Assembly: GCA_964371095.1 (NCBI GenBank)
Contig: CAYJMJ010000011.1
Coordinates: forward strand, 1,590 to 65,589
Length of the DNA stretch: 64,000 nt
From: an uncultured Dehalococcoidia bacterium
GTDB lineage: Bacteria; Chloroflexota; Dehalococcoidia; DSTF01; JACRBR01
Direction of reading: 5' to 3'
Of the stretch, positions 18,657 to 30,695 are shown piece after piece. Positions within the stretch are counted from its first letter, which is position 1. Each line of letters starts with the position of its first letter. Under the pieces are notes generated by a model, which worked only from the letters and a program-made list of their open reading frames with translations, did no database searches and had not been told where the DNA came from. The position numbers were made by a program, and so were the translations under genes.

Positions 18657-20234
18657 ATGCTCTTTGCGGAACACGTAGCGAAGTCCTTCGGCAACCTCGA
18701 CGTGCTGAGTGATGTCACGTTCATCGTGAGCGCGGGCGAGCGCGCCGGTCTCGTCGGCCCCAACGGCGCCGGCAAGTCGACGATCCTCCGCTTGCTCGCC
18801 GGCGACGACACACCGGATGCGGGCAGCGCCGGCCATCGCGGCGGCAGCCTCGGCTTCCTACGCCAGGAAGCGGGCCACGACCCGGCGCGTCCGCTGATCG
18901 ACGAGATGTGGACGGCATTCCCGGAGGCGCGCGCCGTCGACCGGGAACTTCACGAGATCGCCGGCCGCATCGACCGCGGCGACGGCGACATCGACGGGCT
19001 GATCGCCGAGCAGGGGGCGCTGTTCGAGCGGTTCGAGGCGCTCGACGGCTACCGCATCGACATGCACATCGGCCGCGTGCTCGACGGACTGGGGTTCGTG
19101 CCGGACGACCGGCAGAAGCTCTGCGGCGATTTCAGCGGCGGCTGGCAGATGCGCATCGCGCTCGCCAAGATCCTCGTCCGGCGCCCGGATCACGTCCTGC
19201 TGGACGAGCCGACGAACCACCTCGACGTCGCCGCGCGCGCGTTCCTGGCGGAGGAGCTGGCGAAGTACCGTGGCACGGTGCTGATCGTCACGCACGACGC
19301 CGACTTCCTGGACCGCGTGGCCACCTGCATCCTCGATCTGCGCGACGGTATCGTCGAGCGGTACACGGGCAACTACACGGAGTACCAGCGCCAGAAGGCG
19401 GAGCGGCTGCAGCAGCAGGACCGGGCCGTTGCGCGCCAGGACCGCGAGCTCGCGAAGCAGGAACGCTTCATCGAGCGATTTCGCGCCAAAGCGACGAAGG
19501 CCACCGCGGTGAAAAGCCGCGAGAAGGCAGTAGCCCGTGTCGAGCGCATCGAGCGAACACGCAAGGAGTCGGAGGTTCACTTCCAGCTCACGGCGCACGG
19601 CCGCACCGAGCGAGACGTGCTCCTGCTGGAGGAGATCGGACACGCGTACGATGAGAACGTCGTACTGATCGACGTGAACCTGCACGTCGAGCGCGGGCAG
19701 AAGGTCGTGCTCATCGGTCCGAACGGAAGCGGCAAGAGCACACTGCTCCGCATCGCGGCGGGAATCATCCAGCCGACGCACGGACGCGTCGAATGGGCGG
19801 AGCGGGCGCGCAGGCAGTACTACGACCAGCACCAGGACGAGGTGCTGGACCAGACAAGCACCGTGCTCGACGAGGTGCGCTCCGTCGCACCGTCGGAGCC
19901 TGAAGTGCGGCTGCGTACGGTGCTCGGGCAGTTCCTCTTTCGCGGCGACGACGTGTTCAAGAAGATCGGCGTGCTCTCCGGCGGCGAGCGAAGCCGCGTG
20001 GCGCTCGCCAAGTTCCTCATCCAGCCGACGAACGTCCTGCTGCTCGACGAGCCGACGAACCACCTCGATCGCACGACGCGGCGCAAGCTCATCGAGGCGC
20101 TGGAGAAGTACGAGGGGACGATCGTCTGCGCGAGCCACGACCCCGGCATCCTCGACCGCGTCGCGACCCGCGTGTACGAGGTGAAGGACGGCGGCTGTCG
20201 CGAGGTGCTCGAGCGGCGCCGGGAGATCGATTAG
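18657..20234 (+). CDS. ABC-F family ATPase (tandem ABC domains, no TMD; EttA/Uup-like translation factor)
   Basis: Two Walker A motifs (GPNGAGKST, GPNGSGKST) and two signatures (LSGGWQMRIALAKIL, LSGGERSRVALAKFL). 525 aa. Confidence 0.9.
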   Translation: MLFAEHVAKSFGNLDVLSDVTFIVSAGERAGLVGPNGAGKSTILRLLAGDDTPDAGSAGHRGGSLGFLRQEAGHDPARPLIDEMWTAFPEARAVDRELHEIAGRIDRGDGDIDGLIAEQGALFERFEALDGYRIDMHIGRVLDGLGFVPDDRQKLCGDFSGGWQMRIALAKILVRRPDHVLLDEPTNHLDVAARAFLAEELAKYRGTVLIVTHDADFLDRVATCILDLRDGIVERYTGNYTEYQRQKAERLQQQDRAVARQDRELAKQERFIERFRAKATKATAVKSREKAVARVERIERTRKESEVHFQLTAHGRTERDVLLLEEIGHAYDENVVLIDVNLHVERGQKVVLIGPNGSGKSTLLRIAAGIIQPTHGRVEWAERARRQYYDQHQDEVLDQTSTVLDEVRSVAPSEPEVRLRTVLGQFLFRGDDVFKKIGVLSGGERSRVALAKFLIQPTNVLLLDEPTNHLDRTTRRKLIEALEKYEGTIVCASHDPGILDRVATRVYEVKDGGCREVLERRREID

Positions 20235-20404
20235 CCGCCGCATGCGCGTCCTGTTACCAGGTGCTACGCGCGTGATAGAGCGTACGCTAACACTTGTCGG
20301 TGGCAACATCGATACCGTCGGAACGTGACTTTCGGCCCGATGCGACGGCGTACCATCTGACTACAATGACCGGCATGCTCCCAAGATCGGGAGCCGGGAG
20401 GCGT

Positions 20405-23086
20405 ATGTCTAGGGGAACGCCATCTTCCGCGTTTGCGGCGGCGTCATCGGACGAATTGCGCGCGATTGACGTCGCGACGTTGAGCGCCGATGCGGTGGTG
20501 TCCCTGCTGGGCGGGGACGCGTCCTCCGGCCTGACCGCGGCCGAGGCGGCGGCGCGGCTCGCGGCCGTTGGCCCGAACGAGCCCGCGCCGATCGCACGTC
20601 CCTCGTGGCCGACCACGCTGCTGCGGCAGTTCACCAACAAGATCATCGTCCTGCTCATCGCCGCGACGATACTCTCGATGCTGCTCGGCGAGTGGCTGAA
20701 CTCGGCGGCGATCGGCATCACCATCGTCGCGTCGGGGCTGTTCGGCTTCCTGAACGAGTTCCGTTCAGAGAACGAGATCGCTGCGCTGCACGAACTCTCC
20801 GCACGCCGCGCCGAGGTGGTGCGCGACGGCCTGCACGAGGACATCCTCGCGTCCGAGGTCGTCCCCGGCGACCTGATCGTCGCCGCCGAGGGCGACGTCG
20901 TGGCGGCCGAGGCGCGAGTGCTGGAAGCCCGCGGCCTGCTCGTCATGGAGTCCATCCTCACGGGCGAGTCGGCGACGGTCCCGAAGTCGGTCGAGGGGAA
21001 CAGCAACACATTGGATCCGACCGCGCCGACGGTGCTATATGCGGGCACGACCGTGGCCACGGGCAGCGCGCTCGCGGTCGTCTTCGCCACCGGGCCGCGG
21101 ACGGTGCTCGGCGGCATGTTCGCCGCCATGCAGCAGACCGGCCGGCGCGCGACCGTGCTCGAAGAGCGGCTCGACGTGCTCGGCAACCGGCTCGTGTTCG
21201 TCTTCCTCGGGCTCTGCGCGATGCTCGTGGCCGTGGGACTGGTGCAGGGGCGCGAGTTTCGGCTGGTGCTCGAGATGGCGATCTCGCTCGCTGTCGGCGC
21301 CATACCCGAGGGTCTGCCCGCCGTCGCGACGGCGTCGCTCGCCATCGCGGTGCGGCGGCTCGCGAGGACGCGCGTGCTGGTGCGGCGCCTCGACGCCGTG
21401 GAGGCGCTCGGCTCGACGAGCGTCATCGTGAGCGACAAGACGGGCACGCTCACGGAGAACCGGATGCGTGTGCGCGGCGTCTACCTGGCGGACGGCCGCG
21501 AATTTCGCGTCTCCGTCGAGACGACGGACAGCGCCGTCAGCACCACGTTCGAGGCAGCGTCGGAAGCCGGTGGTGCACAGGCCGTCGAGCGCCTGCTGCT
21601 CGTCGCCGCGCTCTGCAACGACGCCGTCGTGGAATACGACGAGGAGCGGGGCTGGCACCTTCACGGTGATCCGTCGGAAGGCGCGATCGTGCTCGCGGCG
21701 GCCGGGCTCACCGGCGGTGGCGAGGCCCTGCGCGCGGCGTACCCGCGCCTCGCGACCGAGCCGTTCACCTCGGCGAGCGGGATGATGCGCACCACCCATC
21801 GCGCGCCCGACGGCGGCACGCTCGTCGCGATCAAAGGCGCCTTCGAGCGCGTGGCGCCGTTGAGCGGGGGGGCGGTGGACCCGGCGCTGGCCGCGAGGAT
21901 CCATGGGGCCTCCGAGAAAGGTATGCGAATCTTCACGGTGGCCGAGCAGCACGGTGACGTAGCGCCGGCCGTGCTCGGTGCCATCGTGCTGGAGGACCCT
22001 CTGCGGTCAGACGCGGCGGCATCGGTCGAAGCGTGCCAGCGGGCCGGCGTGCGTTTGATCCTCGCCACGGGCGATCACGTCGCCACGGCGGAGAACATCG
22101 CGCGCGACGCCGGCATCCTCGGACCCGGAGGCGTGTCGATGCTGGGCACGGACCTCGATCTCACCCGACTCGACGACGTCGCCGTGGTCGCCCGAGCGAC
22201 GTATGCGCAGAAGGAGTCACTGGTCCGCGCACTCCAACAGCGCGGCGAGGTCGTCGCCATGACCGGCGATGGAGTCAACGACGCGTCGGCGCTTCGCACG
22301 GCCGACGTCGGCGTGGCCGTCGGACCGGGCGCGAGCGATGTGGCGGTGGAGGCGGCGGACATCGTCCTGTCCGACGGCCGGCTGCTGTCGCTCGTCGACG
22401 GCATCCGCGAAGGGCGCGACATCATCCGCAACCTGCGCAATGCCATCGTATACCTGCTGACGGCCAGCTTCGGCACGATCACACTGATTACCCTGGCGCT
22501 GGTGACGGACCGGCCGCTGCCCCTTTCGCCGCTCCAGATCCTGTGGCTAAACCTGGTGGTCCACGTCTTTCCAGCGCTGGCGCTGGCCACAGGGGGTGAG
22601 GCCGGCCCGCAGGACAGCGAGCCGTCGCGGGAGCTGTTGAGCGTCGCGCAGTGGCAGGAGATCGCCTGGCGTTCCCTGACCGCGTCGCTCGCCGGGCTGG
22701 CCGCGTTGCTCACCAGCAGGGCAATTGGCGAGACCGAGCCCCACGGACAGACGCTCGTCTTCCTGACGCTTGCGATGAGCCTCGTCGGCCAGGCGTTCCT
22801 GGCCGGCCTCGATTCTCCCCAACGCTTCCTGCGCCGCGTGTCGAGGCTGCCGCTGTGGGGCGCGAGCGCCATCTCGTTCGCCTTCCTCCTCATCGCGATG
22901 TACCTGCCGGGGCTGCGGGGCGCGCTTGCGCTGCAAGTCGCGGATCCGATCGACTGGATCACGGCGACGGCCTGCGCGGCCGGCTCGTGGGCCGCGGCGC
23001 AGGCGGGGAGCGCACTCATCCTCGTGCGGTCGCGGCGCGGCGTGATACGGGACTCCCCGAGCCGGCCGCACAGTAACGCGGCATGA
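20405..23086 (+). CDS. Cation-transporting P-type ATPase (type II-like; PEGLP, DKTGTLT, TGDGVNDASAL motifs)
   Basis: ~893 aa. Phosphorylation motif VIVSDKTGTLTENRM. Proposed start ATG 20405 after a GGGAG SD (the ORF track extends to 20294). Confidence 0.9.
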   Translation: MSRGTPSSAFAAASSDELRAIDVATLSADAVVSLLGGDASSGLTAAEAAARLAAVGPNEPAPIARPSWPTTLLRQFTNKIIVLLIAATILSMLLGEWLNSAAIGITIVASGLFGFLNEFRSENEIAALHELSARRAEVVRDGLHEDILASEVVPGDLIVAAEGDVVAAEARVLEARGLLVMESILTGESATVPKSVEGNSNTLDPTAPTVLYAGTTVATGSALAVVFATGPRTVLGGMFAAMQQTGRRATVLEERLDVLGNRLVFVFLGLCAMLVAVGLVQGREFRLVLEMAISLAVGAIPEGLPAVATASLAIAVRRLARTRVLVRRLDAVEALGSTSVIVSDKTGTLTENRMRVRGVYLADGREFRVSVETTDSAVSTTFEAASEAGGAQAVERLLLVAALCNDAVVEYDEERGWHLHGDPSEGAIVLAAAGLTGGGEALRAAYPRLATEPFTSASGMMRTTHRAPDGGTLVAIKGAFERVAPLSGGAVDPALAARIHGASEKGMRIFTVAEQHGDVAPAVLGAIVLEDPLRSDAAASVEACQRAGVRLILATGDHVATAENIARDAGILGPGGVSMLGTDLDLTRLDDVAVVARATYAQKESLVRALQQRGEVVAMTGDGVNDASALRTADVGVAVGPGASDVAVEAADIVLSDGRLLSLVDGIREGRDIIRNLRNAIVYLLTASFGTITLITLALVTDRPLPLSPLQILWLNLVVHVFPALALATGGEAGPQDSEPSRELLSVAQWQEIAWRSLTASLAGLAALLTSRAIGETEPHGQTLVFLTLAMSLVGQAFLAGLDSPQRFLRRVSRLPLWGASAISFAFLLIAMYLPGLRGALALQVADPIDWITATACAAGSWAAAQAGSALILVRSRRGVIRDSPSRPHSNAA

Positions 23087-23174
23087 CCCGGACGTGCGGG
23101 TCCGCGTAGCCCGTCCCGGGCGGTATCCTGTTGGCACTGAGCGTGAGCCGCGGGCTCGTGGAAGGGAGACCACG

Positions 23175-24268
<1,094 letters not shown>

Positions 24269-24272
<4 letters not shown>

Positions 24273-25189
24273 CGGCCCCGGCGGGAGCGTTACCGCGGCG
24301 CCGCCACGGAATGGCACGCTCGCTGCGAGGGCTCGCGGCGGCATCGCCGTTCGTCTTGCCGTCGATCGTCCTGTTCAGCGTGTTCGTGTTCTACCCGCTG
24401 GTGCGATCGGTGTACCTGGGGTTCCACGCGACGGATCCGTTCGGCCGGCACGAGGTCTGGGTCGGGTTGGCACAGTATCGCGACGTGCTGACGTCGTCCG
24501 ACTTCCGCCACAGCCTGTTCGTGACGGGCCAGTTCGCGCTGTACACAGTCATCGGATCGACCGCGGTCGGACTCTACCTGGCGTTGCTCGTGCATCGGCG
24601 GCTTCCGGGGATCCTCTTCTTCCGCACCGTGTACACGTCGACTGTCGCTTCGTCGGTGGCGGTGTCGTCGGTGATGTGGCTGCTGCTGCTGAACCCCGGC
24701 GTGGGCGTGCTGAACTACGTGATCGGTAAGGGCGGTATCGGCGCGCAGAACTGGCTCACCGATCCGGACCGCGCGCTCATCTCGATCGCGATGACGACGG
24801 TCTGGATGAACGTCGGCCTGGCGACGATTGTCATCCTGGCCGGGCTCCAGAACATTCCGGAGGAGCTGTACGAGAGCGCGCGCGTCGACGGCGCGGGGCC
24901 CTGGGAGCAGTTCGTCCACGTGACGCTGCCTGCGCTGTCACCGACGCTGCTGTTCGTGTCGGTCGTCGGCGTGATCTTCGCGTTCGAATCGTTCGGGCAG
25001 ATCGACATCCTTACGAAGGGAGGGCCGCTCAACTCGACGACGGTCATCGTCTACTCGATCTACCGTGAGGCGTTCCTGCACTACAACGTGGGCCTCGCCT
25101 CGGCGCAGGCGGTGGTGCTCTTCGTGATCGTGCTGCTGCTGACGGGCGTCCAGTTCCTTGCGGCGCAGCGCTGGGTGTTCTACCGATGA
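24269..25189 (+). CDS. ABC transporter permease (MalF/UgpA-like)
   Basis: 306 aa, 6 TM, EAA-like region. GTG start overlapping the upstream stop. Confidence 0.85.
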
Positions 25190-26037
25190 GCCTCACGCAG
25201 AGACTCGGGCGGCTGGCGATCCGCGCACTCTTGAGCGTGCCGATGTACGCGCTGCTGATCGCCTCGGCCGCGGTAATCCTGTTTCCGCTGTACATGACCG
25301 GCGTCGACAGCCTTCAATCGATCGACAAGCTGCTCACCTATCCGCCGGACTTCTGGCCCCAACACCCGAGCTGGTCGAACTACCGGTCAGCCTGGACCGA
25401 CATCCCGATGCCCCGCTACATGCTGAACAGCCTGATCATGGCATCGATCATCACGACCGGGCAGCTCGCCACGTCGACGCTCGCCGCGTACGCGTTCTCA
25501 TTCATGCGCTTCCCGTTTCGCACGGCGATCTTCTTCGTCTTCCTGTCGACGATGATGGTGCCGTGGGAGGCCTCGATCATCCCGAACTTCCAGATCATCC
25601 AGAGGCTGGACTGGCTGGACACGTACCAGGGGCTCACCGTGCCCATGCTGGCGACGGCCTTCGGCACGTTCCTCCTCCGCCAGCACTTCATGACGCTGCC
25701 GCGGGAGCTGAAGGACGCCGCCGACATCGACGGCTACGGCGACCTGCGGTTCCTGCTGCGGGTCGTCATTCCACTGTCACGGGCGGCGTTGGCGACGCTG
25801 GCCGTGTTCAGCTTTCTGCAGGCCTGGAACCAGTATCTGTGGCCGCTCCTGGTTACGAACGACCCGAACATGCGCACCGTACAGATCGGTATCGCCACGC
25901 TCACCGACCAGGAGGTGCAGCGCACGAATGTCGTGCTCGCCGGAACCGTCATCGCGCTGCTGCCGATGCTGTTCCTGGTGATCGCGTTCCAGCGCTTCCT
26001 CGTGCGCGGACTCACGGCCGGCGCGGTGAAAGGCTGA
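25186..26037 (+). CDS. ABC transporter permease (MalG/UgpE-like)
   Basis: 283 aa polytopic membrane protein, translationally coupled (ATGA overlap). Confidence 0.85.
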   Translation: MSLTQRLGRLAIRALLSVPMYALLIASAAVILFPLYMTGVDSLQSIDKLLTYPPDFWPQHPSWSNYRSAWTDIPMPRYMLNSLIMASIITTGQLATSTLAAYAFSFMRFPFRTAIFFVFLSTMMVPWEASIIPNFQIIQRLDWLDTYQGLTVPMLATAFGTFLLRQHFMTLPRELKDAADIDGYGDLRFLLRVVIPLSRAALATLAVFSFLQAWNQYLWPLLVTNDPNMRTVQIGIATLTDQEVQRTNVVLAGTVIALLPMLFLVIAFQRFLVRGLTAGAVKG

Positions 26038-26038
26038 T

Positions 26039-27412
26039 ATGCGACGATTCGCGCTGCTGGCGCTGATCGTGGCGGCTGCCGGATTCGGCGGCTGCACGGA
26101 CCGCGGTCTGCACTATGTCGGCGGGCGGGTCGAGGTGCGGTTCTGGCATTCGATGACCGGCGTCAACAATGACGCGCTCCAGAAGATTGCCGACGGGTTC
26201 AACGCGTCACAGAGCACCTGGAAGGTCGTGCCAATCTACCAGGGTGGTTACCCCGACTCACTCAAGAAACTCGTCGCGTCGTTCGGCACGGGCGCGATGC
26301 CAGCGATGATCCAGCTCGACGACATCGAGGTGCGTTTCATGGTGGACAGCGACGCGACAGCGCCGCCGCAGGACTTCATCGACCGCGACCTGGCCGCTTC
26401 GGGCGCCTCCCAGGGTTACGCGCCGCCGATCGACCTCTCCGATTTCGAGCCGCGCGCGCTCGCCTACTACACGCTCGACGGCAAGTTGCGCGCCATGCCG
26501 TTCAACCTGTCCGGCCTGGTGCTCTACTACGACAAAGAGGCGTTCAAAGCGGCGGGCCTCGACCCCGACAGGCCGCCGGCCACGCTCGAGGAGTTGCGCG
26601 CGGACTCGGAGAAGCTGCTGACGAGGGACGCCAGCGGCACCGTCACGCGGAACGGCATCGCGCTCAGCATCGACGCGTGGAAGTTCGAGCAGATGCTGGC
26701 GAAGCAGGGAGCGCTGTACGCGGACAACGGCAACGGCCGCGACGGTCTGGCGACCTCGGTGGTCTTCGACAGCCCGGAGGGGCGGGCGATCCTCGCCTGG
26801 TGGCAGGATATGGTTCGTTCCGGGCTCGCGACGAACGTCGGCCGTCAGGGTCTGCAGGCGTTCCTCGCGGTCATCACGGGCAAGAGCACGATGGCGATCG
26901 AATCCACGGCGTCCATGCGGACGATCCTGACTGCGCTCGGCCCCGCGTCGGCCAAGTTCGGCGCCGCGCCGATGCCGTCACTCGCTTCGGCCCAGGAGGG
27001 CGGCATCGTCCTCGGAGGCGCGGCCGCGTGGATCATGAAGGAGCGCCCGGACGTCGAGCAGCGGGGGGCGTGGGAGTTCCTGAAGTTCGCCACGCTGCCG
27101 CAGGTGCAGGCGCAGTGGCACGTCGATACGGGCTACTTTCCGGTGCGCGTCTCGTCGTGGGACATGGAGCCCGCCGCGACGTTGCATCGCGACTTCCCGC
27201 AGTTCACCGCCGCGCGCGACCAGGTGCTTCGTTCGCCGCAGAACGCCGCGACCGCGGGCGCCGTGATCGGCCCGTTCACGCAGGTGCGCGAGGCAGTGGA
27301 GAATGCGTTCGAGCAGATCCTCGTCGGTGGCGAGACTCCTCAAGAGGCACTTCGCCGCGCCGCCCACGACGCCAACCGCGCGATCGCCCGCTACAACCGC
27401 GCCGTCCAGTAG
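26039..27412 (+). CDS. Extracellular solute-binding lipoprotein (family 1 SBP) of the ABC importer
   Basis: Signal peptide plus lipobox LIVAAAGFGGC. 457 aa. Start ATG overlaps the permease stop (TGAtATG). Confidence 0.85.
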   Translation: MRRFALLALIVAAAGFGGCTDRGLHYVGGRVEVRFWHSMTGVNNDALQKIADGFNASQSTWKVVPIYQGGYPDSLKKLVASFGTGAMPAMIQLDDIEVRFMVDSDATAPPQDFIDRDLAASGASQGYAPPIDLSDFEPRALAYYTLDGKLRAMPFNLSGLVLYYDKEAFKAAGLDPDRPPATLEELRADSEKLLTRDASGTVTRNGIALSIDAWKFEQMLAKQGALYADNGNGRDGLATSVVFDSPEGRAILAWWQDMVRSGLATNVGRQGLQAFLAVITGKSTMAIESTASMRTILTALGPASAKFGAAPMPSLASAQEGGIVLGGAAAWIMKERPDVEQRGAWEFLKFATLPQVQAQWHVDTGYFPVRVSSWDMEPAATLHRDFPQFTAARDQVLRSPQNAATAGAVIGPFTQVREAVENAFEQILVGGETPQEALRRAAHDANRAIARYNRAVQ

Positions 27413-27504
27413 CGCGCGACGCTCCGTCGACCGGTTCGTCGCATCACCCGTTCGGCGGTGCCTGGATCGAACGCGCGGACGTACGATGAAGTCATGCTCC
27501 AAGC

Positions 27505-28470
27505 ATGGTGCCCGTCGTGACGGGCGGATCGTCTGCGCGCGGGATGATGCGGGCTGCGGGCGGAACGCAGGCGCCGCATCTTCCCGATGCGCTCCATCGA
27601 CGGTACGAGCTACTCATCTTCGACTGGGACGGCACTGCCGTGCCCGATCGGGCGGCGGGGGTGCCCGAACTGAATGGTGCGCTCGACGCGCTCCTCAGCC
27701 GCGGTGTCTGGCTCTGCCCGGTGACCGGGACGAACGTCGACAACCTCGAGCGGCAGTCGTTGCTGTCGATCACGCCAGAGGCGCGCCGCCACCTGCACGT
27801 GTGCACGAATCGCGGTTCGGAGGTGTTCGCGTACGACGATACGGGCACTCGCGTCGCCGCCTATCGCCGGAGCGCGAGCGTGGCCGAAGAGCACGCGCTG
27901 ACGCACGCCGCGGACGATCTGCGGCGCCGTCTGGCCGATCGCGGATTGCGAACGTCGATCGTGTACGACCGGCTGAATCGCCGCAAGGTCGACCTGATAC
28001 CGCTGCCGCAGTGGCGCGACCCGCCGAAGGCGCGTATCGGTGCGCTGATCGAGGCGACCGCGGCCCGCGTCCGCGCCGCCGGCTTTGCGCAGATCGTCGA
28101 CGTCATGCGCCTGGCCGAGCGGGTGGCGCGGGAGGCCGGGCTGCCCGATCCGCGGATTACCAGTGACGGCAAGTACGTGGAGATCGGCCTGACGGACAAG
28201 TCCGATTCGGTCGCGTGGATCGTGACGAACCTCGCCCGTCCGCACGGCATCGCGGCCAGCGACATCCTCGTGATCGGTGACGAATTCGGCGACGTGGGCG
28301 GGTTCGCTGGCAGCGACGAGCGGATGGTGACAGCGGCGTCGGCCGGCGCGGTCATCGTGTCGGTCGGGCGCGAGCCGAACGGCGTGCCGCGCGGCGTCCT
28401 CCACGTCGCCGGCGGCCCGGACACCTTCCTGGAGATCCTGCGATGGCAGTCAACGATCCGCCGCGCGTAG
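27505..28470 (+). CDS. HAD-superfamily hydrolase (HAD-IIB/Cof-like motifs); true start probably downstream of 27505
   Basis: Motif I LIFDWDGTAV. C-terminal VIGDEFGDVGG...SDERM. Confidence 0.65.
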   Translation: MVPVVTGGSSARGMMRAAGGTQAPHLPDALHRRYELLIFDWDGTAVPDRAAGVPELNGALDALLSRGVWLCPVTGTNVDNLERQSLLSITPEARRHLHVCTNRGSEVFAYDDTGTRVAAYRRSASVAEEHALTHAADDLRRRLADRGLRTSIVYDRLNRRKVDLIPLPQWRDPPKARIGALIEATAARVRAAGFAQIVDVMRLAERVAREAGLPDPRITSDGKYVEIGLTDKSDSVAWIVTNLARPHGIAASDILVIGDEFGDVGGFAGSDERMVTAASAGAVIVSVGREPNGVPRGVLHVAGGPDTFLEILRWQSTIRRA

Positions 28471-30695
28471 GTGTCGCCGCCGACGACGTGTGGATCCTTC
28501 TCCGCGAGGGGTTCGACCCTCACGTAGAGCGCGGCGTCGAGGGCGCGTTCACGGTGTCGAACGGCGCATTCGGTGTGCGAGCGTCGGTCGAGGAAGGCGG
28601 TCCCGCGTCGAACCCGGTCGTGCTGATCGCCGGTGTATACGTACCGACAGCCGCGCCGGCTGCGCAGACTCTGCTGGCACTCCACGACCCCTCTCTCGTG
28701 ACCGTGACGATCGATGGCCAGCATGTACAGATGCCCTTCGTCGACACACTGGAACACCGGCGGGAGCTGGACCTGCGCACGGGCGAGATGCGGCGGTCGT
28801 GGTCGTTCGTCGATGGAGTCGGGCGTCGCTGGCACGTCGAGTCGTTGCGGGCCGCCTCGGCGGCGGAACCAGAGCTGTACTTGCATCGCCTTGCGATTGA
28901 GGTCGTCGGGGACGACACGCCGGCACACCTGTCGCTGCGCTTCGAGGGCGTCGCGCCCGAGGCGCAGGAGACGGGATGGACGCTGGAAGGTCGCGTGGCG
29001 CGGCTCGTCGGCACCACGGATGTACCCGGGTTGTCCGTGGTGCGCATCGAGCGCAAGGCGAGCGGCCCGCTTGCGGTCGAGGACGGCGCGCTGGTCGCCC
29101 GCGCCTCGGCCGGCGAGCCAGTCGTCGTTGAATCACTGACGCGATTCGGCGGCGAATCAACGGACCGGCGAGCGCCGGACGCCCTGGCCCGCGCGCTGGA
29201 AACGCATCGTGCTGCATGGAGCCAGCGTTGGACCGACTGCGACGTGGCCGTGGACGGAGATCCGGCGCTCCAGGCGGGGATACGCTTTGCGCTGTACCAC
29301 CTGTGGTCGGCGTCCGCCGTGAACGACGGACGCACGTCGATCGGGGCGCGCAACCTGTCCGGCGAGGCGTATCACGGGCACATCTTCTGGGATACAGAGC
29401 TGTTCGTCCTGCCGGTGCTGTCAGTCACGCGGCCCGACGCCGCGCGCTCGGTGTTGCTCTACCGGTACCGGACGCTCGACGCGGCGCGGGCGCGGGCGCG
29501 CGCGCTCGCCTACCGGGGCGCTCTCCATGCGTGGGAATCCACGGACAGCGGCGAGGACCGGACACCAGCAGCGGCGATGCTGCCGGACGGCACGATGCTG
29601 CGAATTCACAACGGCGAGCAAGAGCACCACATCGCCGCGGCGATCCCCCACGCCGTTATGCGGTACTGGAGCGCGACGGGCGATGATGCGTTCATGCGAG
29701 AATACGGCGCCGAGCTGGTGATCGAGTGCGCGCGTTTCTGGGCGAGCCGTGTGACGCCGGGAGACGGGCATTTCACCATTCGCCGCGTCATCGGTCCAGA
29801 CGAGTTCCACATCGGTGTGGACAACAACGCCTTCACGAACGCCATGGCCGCCTGGACGCTGCGAACGGCGGCGACGCTCGGCGAGGGCATCGGCGGCGAC
29901 GAGTCCGGCGCCTCGTCAAACGCGCCGTGGGGCGCTTCGGCCCGGGAGATTGAGGAGTGGCGCCGCCTGGCGTCACGTCTGGCGTGTACGGCCTTCGCCG
30001 AGGATCGGTTGTACGCTCAGTTCGATGGTTTCTTCGGGCTCGACGCGGTCGACGTCACGCCGTTCCGGCGAGCCCACGTACCGATCGACATCGCGCTCGG
30101 CGCGGAGGCCGTGCAGCGCACGCGGGCGGTCAAGCAGCCCGATGTCCTTATGGCGGCGGTGCTTCTGCCCGAGCTCTGGACCGAGGCATCGTTACGTCGC
30201 AATTGCGCGTACTACGAGCCGCTCACCGCGCATGCAAGCTCGCTCAGCCCGCCGATGCACGCGCTGCTGGCCGCGTGGCTGCGCGACGGCGACGCATGCC
30301 GTGAGTACCTGGAGCAGACGATCGCCATCGACCTCGGAGACGGCTTCCGCGGCGCGGCCGGCGGCGTGCACGTGGCTGCGCTGGGCGGCCTCTGGCAGGC
30401 GATCGTGTTTGGACTGGCCGGGTACAAGTTCTCGCGCGAGCGGATCGATTTCGACCCGTTCCTCCCGCCGGGGCTGACGGGCCTCGCGTTCGGCCTGCGG
30501 TGGCAGGGCCGGCACGTCCGCGTGAAGGTCCGCGGCACGGTGATCGAGATCAGCGTCGACGGATCGCCGTGCACGGTTCGGGTGAATCGCGAAGTCCGGC
30601 GCGTCGAGCCGGAGCAGACGGCGACATTCACGTTCGATCCGGCCGTGACCTTCTGGTCCGCGACGCAGCAGGAGAGATCGTCCGATGCCCTCTGA
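28443..30695 (+). CDS. Glycoside hydrolase family 65 disaccharide phosphorylase (kojibiose/trehalose/maltose-phosphorylase-like)
   Basis: 750 aa. GH65 core YHGHIFWDTELFVLP and HIGVDNNAFTNAMAAW. Confidence 0.85.
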   Translation: MAVNDPPRVGVAADDVWILLREGFDPHVERGVEGAFTVSNGAFGVRASVEEGGPASNPVVLIAGVYVPTAAPAAQTLLALHDPSLVTVTIDGQHVQMPFVDTLEHRRELDLRTGEMRRSWSFVDGVGRRWHVESLRAASAAEPELYLHRLAIEVVGDDTPAHLSLRFEGVAPEAQETGWTLEGRVARLVGTTDVPGLSVVRIERKASGPLAVEDGALVARASAGEPVVVESLTRFGGESTDRRAPDALARALETHRAAWSQRWTDCDVAVDGDPALQAGIRFALYHLWSASAVNDGRTSIGARNLSGEAYHGHIFWDTELFVLPVLSVTRPDAARSVLLYRYRTLDAARARARALAYRGALHAWESTDSGEDRTPAAAMLPDGTMLRIHNGEQEHHIAAAIPHAVMRYWSATGDDAFMREYGAELVIECARFWASRVTPGDGHFTIRRVIGPDEFHIGVDNNAFTNAMAAWTLRTAATLGEGIGGDESGASSNAPWGASAREIEEWRRLASRLACTAFAEDRLYAQFDGFFGLDAVDVTPFRRAHVPIDIALGAEAVQRTRAVKQPDVLMAAVLLPELWTEASLRRNCAYYEPLTAHASSLSPPMHALLAAWLRDGDACREYLEQTIAIDLGDGFRGAAGGVHVAALGGLWQAIVFGLAGYKFSRERIDFDPFLPPGLTGLAFGLRWQGRHVRVKVRGTVIEISVDGSPCTVRVNREVRRVEPEQTATFTFDPAVTFWSATQQERSSDAL

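Noticed and set aside
18858-23019. Series of long minus-strand ORFs (18858-20309, 20287-21453, 21035-21952, 22075-23019)
   Set aside because: All are antisense to the ABC-F and P-type ATPase genes and lack motifs. They are shadow ORFs.
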